A stretch of DNA of 63,435 nucleotides, the filler included, from Octopus bimaculoides (Eukaryota): NCBI RefSeq assembly GCF_001194135.2. It is 4 parts of 4 records of this genome, joined end to end, with 100 filler letters (N's around TTAATTAATTAA, not from the genome) between each part and the next. Parts side by side here need not be neighbours in the genome. Positions count along the whole stretch, not along the records: positions 43,298 to 62,082 come from NC_069005.1; positions 62,183 to 63,435 come from NC_068983.1; 2 more parts are not named here. One strand, written 5' to 3'. Positions within the stretch are counted from its first letter, which is position 1; each line of letters starts with the position of its first letter. Shown piece after piece: positions 51,427 to 63,435 of this stretch. The translations under genes and the position numbers were made by a program. Under the pieces are notes generated by a model. It worked only from the letters and a program-made list of their open reading frames with translations, did not search any database and had not been told where the DNA came from.

Positions 51427-51809
51427 TGTGTGTGTGTTTATATAAGCAATATGAGTTAGTTGTTATACATTTGTAAGCTGCATACATTTCAAAAATTAAT
51501 TTGTCCTTTTGAGGAACCAAGCTTCGGTCATTACTTGCTGAATGTCCAACCGAGTGTGCCCAACCTTTTCAATATGGCTACATTTAGTCTTGGAGTTTTT
51601 TTTGGTCTGACTTAACTACAAAGAAAGTAGAATAAAGGATTTTTTAAAATTAATCCTTTTCCTGTCCCGTGTATTTCATGTGATATGCTGGGCGTATTTC
51701 CCTGGCCTCTGTAAATCATATATTGATACGCATTCCCAATTTTTTCCCTCAACCACTAGGGTAACTTGGGACCTACAAAAGGAAAGCTTATATTTTACTC
51801 AGAAATATA

Positions 51810-52050
51810 AGGGTGGCGAGCTGGCAGAATCGTTAGCACGCCGGGCAAAATGCTTAGCGGTATTGGTATTTCATCTGTCTTTACATTCTGAGTTCAAATT
51901 ACGCCAAGGTTGACTTTGCCTTTCATCCTTTCAGGGTCGATTAAATAAGTACCAGTTATGCACTGGGGTTGATGTAATCGACTTAATCCCTTTGTCTGTC
52001 CTTGTTTGTCCCCTCTATGTTTAGCCCCTAGTGGGCAATAAAGAAATAAG
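51810..52050 (+). mobile_element. SINE family B, full length with the same 3' tail as 14792-15047
   Basis: ...atccctttgtctgtccttgtttgtcccctct...tttagcccc...gtgggcaataaagaaata. Confidence 0.85.
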
Positions 52051-53545
52051 AATCGTCAGCACACAAGGCAAAATGCTTAGCGGTATTTCTTCTGTTGTTA
52101 CGATCTGAGTTCAAATCCCGCTGAGGTTGACTTTGCTAAGTAAAAGTCTGAAAACAGGTATGGATGTTTGGACAAACTTATGAAAATGCTTTGGAGAGGC
52201 AAATGGTTAATCCTTATCATCATCATCACCATTTAACATCCATTGTCCATGCTTGCATGGTGTGACTACAGCTGGGAAGCTGCACCAGACTGCAGTTGAT
52301 TTGGCATGGTTCCTACAGCTGGATACCCTTCCTAATGCCAACCACTTTACAGAGGGCGCTGGGTGCTTTTATGTGGTACCACTATGGGTGCTTTACACAA
52401 CCAGAAGGATCAGTCTTAACACTTCTGCTGCAGGGGACGGGGGTCTTCTTGAGTACAGCCAAGTGCCAGGTGGTCTTGGTCCTTTGTCAGCTGTTTCTTA
52501 GAGAGCTTTTACCAGACGAAATTCCTTTCATTTTGTGCACAAATTCATCTGGCTCCCTACTTCGGTAACACAGCAGACACTACATCTATTAAACTATTTA
52601 ATTATTTCTAAAATTATTTTGATTTGTGTAGTTTCACTTTCAAATTACGTCATTTACAAATGTATAACTGATTAATATCATATATACCTATGTGTCTGTA
52701 TGCATGTATATATATATATATATATGTGTGTATATGTATGTACATATATGTGTGTGTGTGTGTGTATATATATGTATGAATGTATACACATTTACATCAC
52801 TTAGCTGTTAGTTATAATATATATATGTGTATATATCTAGTTGGTTTCTTTTTTTCTTTTTCTTTTTTTCATATTATCATTTTTTTTTTTTTTTTTCAAA
52901 ACTCTTTTTCATACTTAGGTTCTGTATGCAATTTCAGAATTTCAACCTTTCTTTATATTATATTTTTAATTTCAATTTTCAAAATTTTTTTTTCTTTTAC
53001 TCTGACCAAACAAGCACTACTTACACAATTTTTTTTTAGCACTTTTCAATTTAGTTCTTCAGACAAGCTGAAAGAAAGAAAATGAAGAATTTTATAAAGA
53101 AATTCATTGCACTCTGTCGTAGTACACCTTATATGGCCCTGCTCGATCTGTAGAAAAGGCATAGGTAGAAACTCTAAAAGAGCGTGGCCGTTGCCAGTAC
53201 CGTGTGACTGGCCCTCGTGCCGGTGGCACGTAAAATCACCCACTACACTCTCAGAGTGGTTGGCGTTAGGACGGGCATCCAGCTGTAGAAACTCTGCCAG
53301 ATCAGATTGGAGCCTAGTACAGCCTTCTGGCTTGCCAGTCCTCAGTCAAATCGTCTAACCCATGCTAGCATGGAAAGCGGACGTTAAACGATGATAATGA
53401 TGATATATATCTTCAGTTTAACTTTCTTGCTTATATCACTAGCTTTGTCATCACCCCATTGGAGGGTGTTATTGGTTTTTGTTCATGAAGAAGGTACAGG
53501 TTTGATGTGCATTGTTTATTAGGTGTCACTTGGATGATATCTGTG

Positions 53546-53576
<31 letters not shown>

Positions 53577-56124
53577 TGAAGGAGAAAGAAGAACAATGAG
53601 TAGTTTGGTCTGCATAAGAGCATCTGTAATTAGAAGTGACAACAAACACATCAATGTACAGGAAGAGACGTAGTAACAAATGATTTACCATCGAGCTCTT
53701 TCAAATTTTCGAAAGGCATGAGTGACGTGAATGAGCAGTAAGTGTTGAGGCTCAGAGAAAGTAGATGGACTTAAGACGTCGGAGAAATTGATTGTTAAAC
53801 TGTTTCCTTTATTTTTGAGATGTTGGGGATAGGGGTGACGGATCAATGATTGACAGAGTGAGAGAGGTTACCATTATCGTTTTGAGATGAAACTCATCGT
53901 AGCATGTTTCCTGTGATTTCAGTTGAAACCATTCCACAATTTATTAAGACTTAGTGTATTCAAGACTTAGGATCTGATATACCCTTCTTTTTTTACCCTG
54001 GAAGCCAGTTATACCCACTCAAAATTTCATTAGCCTTAACTTTAGAAAGCAGTTTTATATACCTGTCTATCTTTTGTTGAGGAATGTTTGAGGTTATTTC
54101 CTGTTATTGAGTTTAATGAAACAATGTAATTTGCAGAAAATACCAATTCTTTTTCTTGGTAGCTATTTAACATCATTACTGGAATAACCATGAAATTTAA
54201 TTTTAGCAGTTAAAGGGTCATGGTTATATATTGTAATATTCGAGGGAGTTTTGGTTGCTATTTTTAGCACATCAGGCTATCATGTAATGTTGAAGTATAG
54301 TTCTTGTCTTTTAAGAATGGTAAAACGGTTGGACCCCACTTGGTTTTGATATGGTAGTGTGTGAAATGAGGGAGATTTATTTGTTATTTCTAGGAGTTTG
54401 TGTGGTCATATAGAGCAAGAATGAAGAACCTGTTGAGTACAAGGAGAAGCTTTTAGGGTATAAGTAACTGTAAGGGTCCATTTATTCTGAGGGAAACAGC
54501 AATTCTAAGTTTACAAATTCATGCCTAACTCCAAATTACCTGTTTTAGTTTTCGTGAGGTTTTTTAGGGACTTTTTTTAGGGTGCAATTTCAAATTTAAA
54601 CCGGCCATATCCGGCCAAAAGTATTCTGCCTGTTTTATATTCAAACTGGCTAGATCTGGTCTCTCACACCAACCCTACAATATCGTTTTAAAAATTAACA
54701 GCTACCTCATCAAGATCTCATAGCTGTGAGATAATGCTTGATTAGTTCAAAACAATGTGGATAAAAAAGCATTAATTTTGGCAGAATAATGTGAACACTA
54801 AAGGGTGAAATACAGGTGAAATTTTGCCCTTGGATGAAGGATTGTGGGGTGGTAGGGTAGTGGGGGTTCATCTCCCAATGTAGGGGCTTCTTTGGTGACT
54901 TGTTGAGAGAGAAAGACTGATTTGTGCATGTGCATCTTAAGATTATTTTTTTCTTTATCTTTTTTAGATTTGACATTAATTCCAAGATTATTTTTGCATT
55001 CTTTTTCATTCTCTTTTTTACTTCAGATTTTTGCCATGAGGCTGCCTGATTCCTTTTTGTCGTTTTTTCTCTCTCTTTTTTTTTTTTTTTTTTTTTGCAT
55101 GTTGATTGGGCATTGCAGCAAATATAGCATTGTTTAGTTTAGTGTAGTAATCAGTATATACTTGTATATATGTATGTAGTTTATAATTCGTTAAGTGTAC
55201 TAACTACTAGTTAATTTGGTACACTGCTGAACTAACAAAAGATTGGTAGCAGTGAAACTACAAGAAATTCCTGAAAGAAACCATTTGCATAAATTTTTTT
55301 TTTTTTGCACCTTTTAATTAATTTTTTTTTTTTTTTACACACCTGAAGATATCAAAGCAATGAATAACAAAGGTTTGGACTATATACCTATATGCCTTCA
55401 CAAATTCATGTATGCACCGGTAATAATTGTGAAAATTACACAAATTATTTAGAAAATTATAAGAGCCACAAACTGCGTAATTTCTTTTAAAATTGTAATT
55501 TTTATAAATTGTTTGATTGTTAATGTGATGTAGAGTCAACATGTGGAAGATGCTCTCTTAGGTGAGATATTCTTTGCTATACACTTGTGATTTCTTCTCT
55601 CTTCAGACTTGCTATCTTCTGTTTTTTTTTTTATATTTGTGTCAAAAAGTAAACCTTTTTAACTATGAAATGATATTGAAAACTTGCTCTATCTACAGTT
55701 TGATTACATTGCTTACGTTTTTAACGAATCTTCATATGTTATGCTACATCTTTAGTTTCATATCGGAGTAAAGTCCGTTTGGTTGAACATATAATCTTGC
55801 TTCGACAATACATGTCTATATATCTGTCCATCCATCCATCCATCTGTCTGTCTGTTCGTTCATTCATCCGTCAATTTATCTGTCTATCCACCATCATCAT
55901 CATCATCATTATCATCATCGTCATAACATCCACTTTTCCATGCTGGCGTGGGTCGGACAGAATTCGTTAGGGCAGATTTTCCTACAGCAGGATGCTCTTC
56001 CTGTTGCCAACACTCACATTTCCAAGTTAGGTCAATATTTCCCCATCACCAAAACTGTCCCGAAAGATCTGAGGCAACAGACACCACTTGCATGACAGGG
56101 TGATGTCGAGGAAAGAAGACGGTA

Positions 56125-56178
<54 letters not shown>

Positions 56179-56736
56179 GTATATACATATATACATGATA
56201 GGCCTTCTCCAGTCTCCATCCACCAAATCCACTCACAAACACTCACAAGGCCTTGGTCGACCCTGGACTACAGCAGAAGATACCTGACCAGAGTTCCGAA
56301 CAGTGAGATTGAACCCCAAAATAATATGGTTGGGAAACAAACTTTCTTACCACACGGCCACACCTGCACCTCTCCATCCATCCATCCATCGGTCTATCTA
56401 TCTATCTATCCATCTATATCTGCCTATATTTATCTAGTTCTCGTCTGTCTATTCATCTATCCTTCTATTTATTTATTTACTCATCAATCTATCCACCTGT
56501 CATTCCATCTCAAAGAACAGACCCACCATTTCCTCTGTGTACCATAAAAGGCAACTAAAAGAGATTGAGGCAGGATACATGTGTGTACATATATATATAT
56601 CTATGTATGTATGTAAGAGAGCCTGACTGTACGCATGTATTTGTGTGTATAAGAGAGCCGGCCTGTATAAGCGACCGTGTCCTATGTAAAGGGTTTTTTT
56701 TGCCCATTCTCTGCCATCTCCATCTTCTTCTTTTAG

Positions 56737-56775
56737 GCATATTGCAGAACTTTGTAGCTTGTTCTCGATCCTTAG
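56737..56775 (+). CDS. Candidate 39-nt PKC hinge exon (G)ILQNFVACSRSL
   Basis: cttcttcttttAG acceptor, TAG|GTAAGG donor, phase 1/1 compatible with the exon ending 47448. Confidence 0.45.
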
Positions 56776-56847
56776 GTAAGGCGCCACTTCATGTTTCACC
56801 TCACAGCATCTTTCTGCAGTCTTGTCTCGGTCAATCTGTTCGTGAAG

Positions 56848-56882
<35 letters not shown>

Positions 56883-57159
56883 TACACACACACACACACA
56901 CATACACACACAGGCATATGCCACTTTATATAAGCATTACACACACACATACACACGATTAATTGCATCCTGGAAAATGTCACCACATGCAATCACGGTG
57001 CATCCAAGAATTCTACTGCAGTGCCAGTAATGTCAAACTGGTTGGTTGTTGCATTAGGCGTTGGAGGGGAGGGGCTGGAGTATGGTGGAAATAAGTAGAT
57101 CAAGTGTCTATGTACACCTACTTTGCATGTATACATATATATATATAAATGTGTGTGTG

Positions 57160-57222
<63 letters not shown>

Positions 57223-57645
57223 NNNNNNNNNNNNNNNNNNNNNNNNNNNNNNNNNNNNNNNNNNNNNNNNNNNNNNNNNNNNNNNNNNNNNNNNNNNNNN
57301 NNNNNNNNNNNNNNNNNNNNNNNNNNNNNNNNNNNNNNNNNNNNNNNNNNNNNNNNNNNNNNNNNNNNNNNNNNNNNNNNNNNNNNNNNNNNNNNNNNNN
57401 NNNNNNNNNNNNNNNNNNNNNNNNNNNNNNNNNNNNNNNNNNNNNNNNNNNNNNNNNNNNNNNNNNNNNNNNNNNNNNNNNNNNNNNNNNNNNNNNNNNN
57501 NNNNNNNNNNNNNNNNNNNNNNNNNNNNNNNNNNNNNNNNNTATATATACACACACATATATATATATATATATATACACATATATACATACACACATAT
57601 ATACATGTATACATACACACATGTATGTGTCTATACACACACACG

Positions 57646-57679
<34 letters not shown>

Positions 57680-59129
57680 CACATACACACATATGTATGT
57701 GCGTGTATATATATATATGCTTATATATACACTCACATATTTTTATGTATATATACATAAATATATGTGTGTGTGTGTTTATATACATATGTGTGTACAT
57801 ATATATGTGTGTATGTGTATGTTTATATACATAAATATATACGTATGTGTGTACATATATATGTGTGTATGTGTATGTTTATATACATAAATATATACGT
57901 ATGTGTGTATATATATATGTGTATGTGTATGTATATGTACATAAATATATGTGTATGTATATGTACATAAATATATGTGTGTGTATGTATGTATATATAT
58001 GTGTGTGTGTTTGTATATATATATATATATGTAACTGAAGCATAATGAACGGTTGCACATATTTCCTTTCTTTTTTTCCTTTTATCTGATTGTTGTTTAT
58101 GACAAAGCATGCCCCAAACGTGCATGCGATGCAGCTGTTTGTCACATTACAACTGTGAGTCAACACATCTGTTACAGAAGACTCACCTCACCTGTTGTCT
58201 TATCCTATTACATCTGGAACCATCACATCTGGTGTGCCTGTCTCTATGCATCTATGATCTTGCAGTCTAATCTCAATACATCTGTGTGTCTCTAGCATTA
58301 CATACAACCAAGACTCAATACATTTGATTTATGTCACATTTTTTTATGACTGTGAATCACTTCAGTCTGTTTGTGTAGCACATTTTAAAAACTGACTCAT
58401 GGTACCTTCTGTTCATTTTCCACAGTTCAGCATGTGGTTCAATACATCTGTTGCCTAGTTATTGCTCTTCAGCTAAGATTAAAAACATCTGCTCATCTTT
58501 CACATTACAGTTGAACCTCAATCATCCACAAATCTCTTTCATATCCTATGCTACTGTCTTCAAAATTGAAGGATATGTTTGATAATATAGTTTTGATACA
58601 CTTTGCTATGAAAAAAAGATGGGATGGCTATGGTTTGGTTGTTTTTGACCATGAATCGGCCAGATCAATACTGACTTCAGACCAATACCACCAATATCAT
58701 CTCCACTAATAAAGGGCCCACTACATAGTTACTTGACCTGCTAAAATCATTAATCAAAATCTCCTTCAAATCATATCCTACCATCATAGGAAAAGTAAGG
58801 ATGCTGTGAACATTGTACTCTCAGGTACACTTACAAGTTAAACTTAATATGTCTTCATATAATTAATATTATGTTTCTGGTGCTCAAGAAATCTACTCAG
58901 GCTTTTATAATTGAGACTTACTATCTCTGTTTATTGGTGCTGATAAACTCACAAGTTCGTACTCGATACTGTATCAATTCATCCATTCATTTTTTTTCTT
59001 TAGCCCACTATTCTGAAAGTGTCTTGGGGATGGAGTCCTAAGGCACTTCCTCCATAGGGTCCTATAAGAAGGAATCTCCTTAGACTTTCCTGCTGGATTC
59101 CCAGGCATAACCAACTGAGACTATACTCT

Positions 59130-59551
59130 TTACTCTTTTACTTGTTTCAGTCATTTGACTGCGGCCATGCTGGAGCACTGCATTTTAGTCAAACAAATCG
59201 ACCCCAGGACTTATTCTTTGGAAGCCTAGTACTTATTCTATCGGTCTCTTTTTGCTAAACCGCTAAGTTNNNNNNNNNNNNNNNNNNNNNNNNNNNNNNN
59301 NNNNNNNNNNNNNNNNNNNNNNNNNNNNNNNNNNNNNNNNNNNNNNNNNNNNNNNNNNNNNNNNNNNNNNNNNNNNNNNNNNNNNNNNNNNNNNNNNNNN
59401 NNNNNNNNNNNNNNNNNNNNNNNNNNNNNNNNNNNNNNNNNNNNNNNNNNNNNNNNNNNNNNNNNNNNNNNNNNNNNNNNNNNNNNNNNNNNNNNNNNNN
59501 NNNNNNNNNNNNNNNNAAGCGGACGTTAAACGATGATGATGATGATGATGA

Positions 59552-59582
<31 letters not shown>

Positions 59583-59750
59583 CGACGGGCTTCTTTCAGT
59601 TTCCGTCTACCAAATCCACTCACAAGGCTTTGGTCGGCCCGAGGCTATAGTAGAAGACACTTGCCCAAGGTGCCACGCAGTGGGACTGAACCCAGAACCA
59701 TGTGGTTGGTAAGCAAGGTTCTTACCACACAGCCACTCCTGCACCTATGG
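59130..59750 (-). mobile_element. SINE family A spanning a gap
   Basis: Reverse complement of the family A 3' end before the Ns and head after. Confidence 0.8.
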
Positions 59751-60950
59751 ATATTATCCAACCATTTCATTCTTCATCTACCCTTAGGTCTTCTGTCGAT
59801 TGGCTCTGTCTGTTATAGCCACAATACTGCTGTAGTTCTGTACATCTGGTGTCACTTTACAACAGTAGAGAAGTATATCTGTTAGTCTCATTTCAGCTGT
59901 AGTTCAAATTCATCTGGAGTCAGGTTACAATTGTAGTTAAGTCTGTCTATTAGAGTCACATTATAGCGATAGTACTGTACATCTGGAATCACATTACACC
60001 TGCAGACAAGCATATATGTCAAGACACATTGCAACCACAGATCAATACATTTTATTAGAATAACATTGTCTCTGTCAGAAACTCTTTGCAACTGAGATTC
60101 CGTTCATACATCTCTTCATTGTCAGTCAGTATAAAGGTTAGGGTCACATTACAACCATAGATGAGTATATCTGTCTAAATATCATTATTTCTGTAGTTCA
60201 GGGCATTTGTTGGGTCAACATTACATCTATATCTCATTATTTCTAATAGTTACAATCCATCACTAGATCAATATGTCTCACTGTATCATTATCAACCAGG
60301 CTATCAGATGTTGCTTTACACCACTGATCACAATGCACTTCCAATTCTTTCTTGATTGTGCCATTTTTTTTTTTTTTTTTTTTCCATCTTGGACCGAAAC
60401 TGTTTAACTAAATCACCACCCAGCTCCTTGTCATGGAGGCCTTCTGAGTGGCCTTTTCCAGTCTCTTTGATACCACTCAGCAACTGCATGAGTCCACCTG
60501 TTGTCTATGAACCTTTCAGCATTCTACGATCTCATCATTCACTCCACTCCATCTTTGAACATGGCTTGCATGGATCTTTCCATGGTACAATATATATATA
60601 TATATATATATGTGTCAGTTCAACATCTATAGTTCAGTACTTCTGTTAGTCACATTACTATAGTAAATAACATATTTGGATAACATTATATCTATAACTC
60701 AACACCTTTGGTAGGTATATCACACCAGTGGATCACCACATGTATCAGTTTAACTTTGCATCTGTAATTCCGTACCTCTGACAATCACATAACAGCAATA
60801 GATATTATATATGTTTGATTAATATCATGTCCATAGCTCAGTACCTTTGGTATTCACATTACATCAGTATATTAACATATTTATTAGGGCAACATTACTC
60901 TCTAGTCCAGTACTAGTGACAGTCACATTACAGTAATGGATAATTTATTA

Positions 60951-61434
60951 CATTATTTACATTTGATGGATATTTGTCCCCATCTTGTTTGTTTTTAACA
61001 CAACGTTTCAGCTGATATACCCTCCAACCTTCATCAGGTGTCTTGGGGAAATTTTGAACCCGGGTTCTCATTCCTAAGTATTTTTCGATGTTGTTATTAT
61101 TCAGGTTACTGCCTGGAATCTAACTCGGAATCTCAGGGTTAGTAGCCCGCACTCTTAACCACTATGCCAAATGCCCACGGGCATATAGCATAGTGGTTAG
61201 GAGCACGGGCTACTAAGCCCAAGATTTTGAGTTTGATTCCAGGCAGTGACCTGAATAATTATAATAATAACAACATTGAAAAATACCTTAGGAATGAGAA
61301 TCCAGGTTCAAAATTTCCCCAAGACCTTATGAAGGCTGGAAACCGAAACATTGTGTTAACAACAAACAAGATGAGGACAAAATCCATCAAAATGTAAATA
61401 ATGTACATAATTCCTCATCTCTTAAATATAGAAC
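60951..61434. mobile_element. Head-to-head palindromic retro-insertion: tRNA-like head plus hammerhead on each arm, unpaired 3' tail, 14-bp TSD
   Basis: Centre atgccc-ac-gggcat (61171-61184); TSD TGGATAATTTATTA at 60937-60950 and 61435-61448. Confidence 0.85.
60997..61042 (-). ncRNA. Minimal type I hammerhead ribozyme motif
   Basis: GACAC-CTGATGA-A-GGTTG(GAGGGTATAT)CAGCT-GAAA-CG-TT-GTGTT. Confidence 0.7.
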
Positions 61435-61754
61435 TGGATAATTTATTAGTTTAACAGTCCATCTATAGCTCAGAATCTTTCTCTTTCTGTTCAACACCAT
61501 CACTTAACACTTACAGTTCAATAGATCTATGAGAATTACTTTACAGATGTAAGTCATTGCAACCTACAGTTATAGCTAATTAAGTGCTCATAGTTCTTTA
61601 TATCAGGTGTAAGTCTTCACCTTCCAAACCTGCTAAAGTAAACTGCCTGAAGACAACACTTTAAAAGTAGTCGTCTTCAGTTTTTGCTGGAAAAACACAG
61701 GAAATCATACAGGAAGTCACTTCTTTCTTATTTTCACTTTTTCATCTTCGTTAC

Positions 61755-61935
61755 ATATGTATACACACCAACTTATATTTGTATATACACCAACTTGTAT
61801 ATGTATACATCGACTTACGTATGACTTACATATGTATATACACCAACTTATATATATATATATACACCAACTTAAATATGACTTTATACATGTATATACA
61901 CCAACTTATGTATGCAGTAACTTAAATATGGCTTA
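61755..61935. repeat. Minisatellite with ATATACACCAACTTA core
   Basis: About five to six imperfect units. Confidence 0.8.
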
Positions 61936-61947
61936 TATATATATAAT

Positions 61948-62082
61948 ATAGGACAATCAGTAAGTTGTCATAATAATACTCAGAATTTCAAATACCAGAG
62001 CTGAGAGCTTAATGCCTAGAAGCTCTCTGCTCCAGTATTTGAAACTCTGAATATTATTATGACAACTTACTGATTGTCCTAT
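61948..62082. repeat. Hairpin with 63-bp arms and 9-nt loop (MITE-like)
   Basis: ataggacaatcagtaagttgtcataataat...gagagctt / aagctctc...attattatgacaacttactgattgtcctat. Confidence 0.85.
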
Positions 62083-62182
62083 NNNNNNNNNNNNNNNNNN
62101 NNNNNNNNNNNNNNNNNNNNNNNNNNTTAATTAATTAANNNNNNNNNNNNNNNNNNNNNNNNNNNNNNNNNNNNNNNNNNNN
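62083..62182. other. Artificial 100-bp scaffold spacer
   Basis: 44 N + TTAATTAATTAA (62127-62138) + 44 N. Confidence 0.92.
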
Positions 62183-62186
62183 CGTT

Positions 62187-63435
62187 TCATGGGGATGTGC
62201 AAAGTGTTTTCATCGTATATTTTTTATGTACATGCATTATGGCACAATGTGTAAGACGGTGCTGTGTCATTGTGGTACGGAGCCAGGTCTTCAAACGGCA
62301 AAGTGCACTGAATGTTCTTTCGCTTGATGCAACAGATACAGGTGAAGACAAGACAAGCTGCATTAACGCCAATACTTGTGGCATACTAGAATGACGAATA
62401 GCATCAGACGCTCTCCATTTTCAACTATGCCATTAAATGATTTAGGCAACGTTTCCCTTTCCGTCCATAGGCTAGCAAGAAGTTTGATTTGAGATGACAG
62501 TAAGAGCAAATCAAAAGAAGCAGGTAGATGTGCATCTTCAAAGTTAAATACTCCACAAGTGACTGCTGACAACAGCAACTTCTCTGGCTCAGAGCATACA
62601 CGTATTCCTTGTTGCTGAAACCGGCGAGTCAATTCATTTTCGAGAAAAATTGCCGACGCCAGTCATCGGTGACAGAAAGAGCAACTTATTCAGTAGTTGT
62701 TGTGTGCCTAAAGCACAGTGGTGTATTTTTAAATCGCGAAAAGTTGGGCATTTTCACTAAGTCAGAAGACGATACTTCATCAAAATATTTTTCAAAAACC
62801 TCTCACTTCTCATTTTTGAAAGAGAGTTTTTCAACTTTTCAATCAATTTCAAGCAATCACCGTCTGTCGTGCCTGGACGCTGTAAGCTACCGTCCACTGG
62901 CTCACATACCCCAAATATATCCCCAGCGAATAAAATGCCGAATAAAATGGAAGCTTGCCAGATTCTTTTAGCAGCCCTTTAACAGTAGCTTTTGTTGTTG
63001 CTCTTAACGACGAGTCATTAAGAAGGTCAAGCAAAACATTTTGAATATTCTTATAATTGTTTTCTGCTTGTTCCAGTGTTGTTTCTCTAATGCTGTTAGA
63101 CACACTGCTTGCAACATGATGACATTCTCACCACAAAGATTTGTCCATTGTGCTTTTCTTTTTGGTAACTCTTTTACAAGACAGGCGCATTGATGAACAA
63201 AGTTCAGTGCATCAGCTACAAAGGTAACCTTAGAACTAACTTCTTGGAGGACAAGGTCTATAGAGTGGTTTCCACAGTGTACAAAATATGTACCTGGGAA
63301 CAAATTTTTCAATCGCATTTGTACACCTGAAATGTTTCCACTCATGGTACTTGCACCATCAAATGAAAAACAGCATAACTTTGAGCCAAGTGAAATGTTT
63401 AGGTGACAAAAAACATCTAGAATAATCTTAGTCAC
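62187..63435 (-). pseudogene. Decayed hAT (ZMYM1-like) transposase, runs off the window edge
   Basis: SFDGASTMSGNISGVQ...FVHCGNHSIDLVLQ; PVSVASSERTFSALCRLKTWLRTTMTQHRL; several frameshifts. Confidence 0.9.

Larger units (their letters stand above)
58135..61580. repeat. Highly degenerate ~33-36-bp tandem array, approximate consensus GTCACATTACAACTGTAG(A/T)TCAATACATCTG, interrupted by later insertions
   Basis: Recurring cacattaca...tacatctg units at ~58135-58530, 59815-60300, 60610-60950 and 61450-61580. Confidence 0.65.

Noticed and set aside
53040-53160. Acceptor-like tttagttcttcAG inside the PKC intron
   Set aside because: The phase-1 frame stops after DKLKERK and shows no kinase similarity
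1-63435. CRISPR arrays, operons or prokaryotic defence systems
   Set aside because: Spliced eukaryotic genes and repeats throughout; no repeat-spacer array with unique spacers

Overview
AT-rich, repeat-dense animal genomic DNA with many N gaps. The repeat families suggest an octopus-like cephalopod (inference, no database search). Host genes seen as spliced exons: (1) the 3' part of an unidentified minus-strand gene (5 phase-consistent exons, 1581-5770, plus a candidate 12-nt microexon); (2) the last three exons of a P1B copper-transporting ATPase (ATP7-like, 26859-30872, +); (3) four internal exons of a novel-class protein kinase C (epsilon/eta-like C1A-C1B-hinge, 44074-47448, +). The rest is mostly decayed mobile DNA: Penelope-like GIY-YIG, R4/Dong, RTE, L1/Tx1-like and CR1-like retroelements, hAT, Tc1 and maT/DD37D transposons, tRNA-derived SINEs, MITEs and microsatellites. 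The most unusual signal is a set of minimal hammerhead-ribozyme-like motifs. Two pairs sit on opposite arms of head-to-head palindromic insertions; one such insertion (60951-61434) has tRNA-like heads, an unpaired 3' tail and a 14-bp target-site duplication. Three identical 44N-TTAATTAATTAA-44N spacers are artificial scaffold joins. Most long ORFs in the supplied track are artefacts of N runs or simple repeats.
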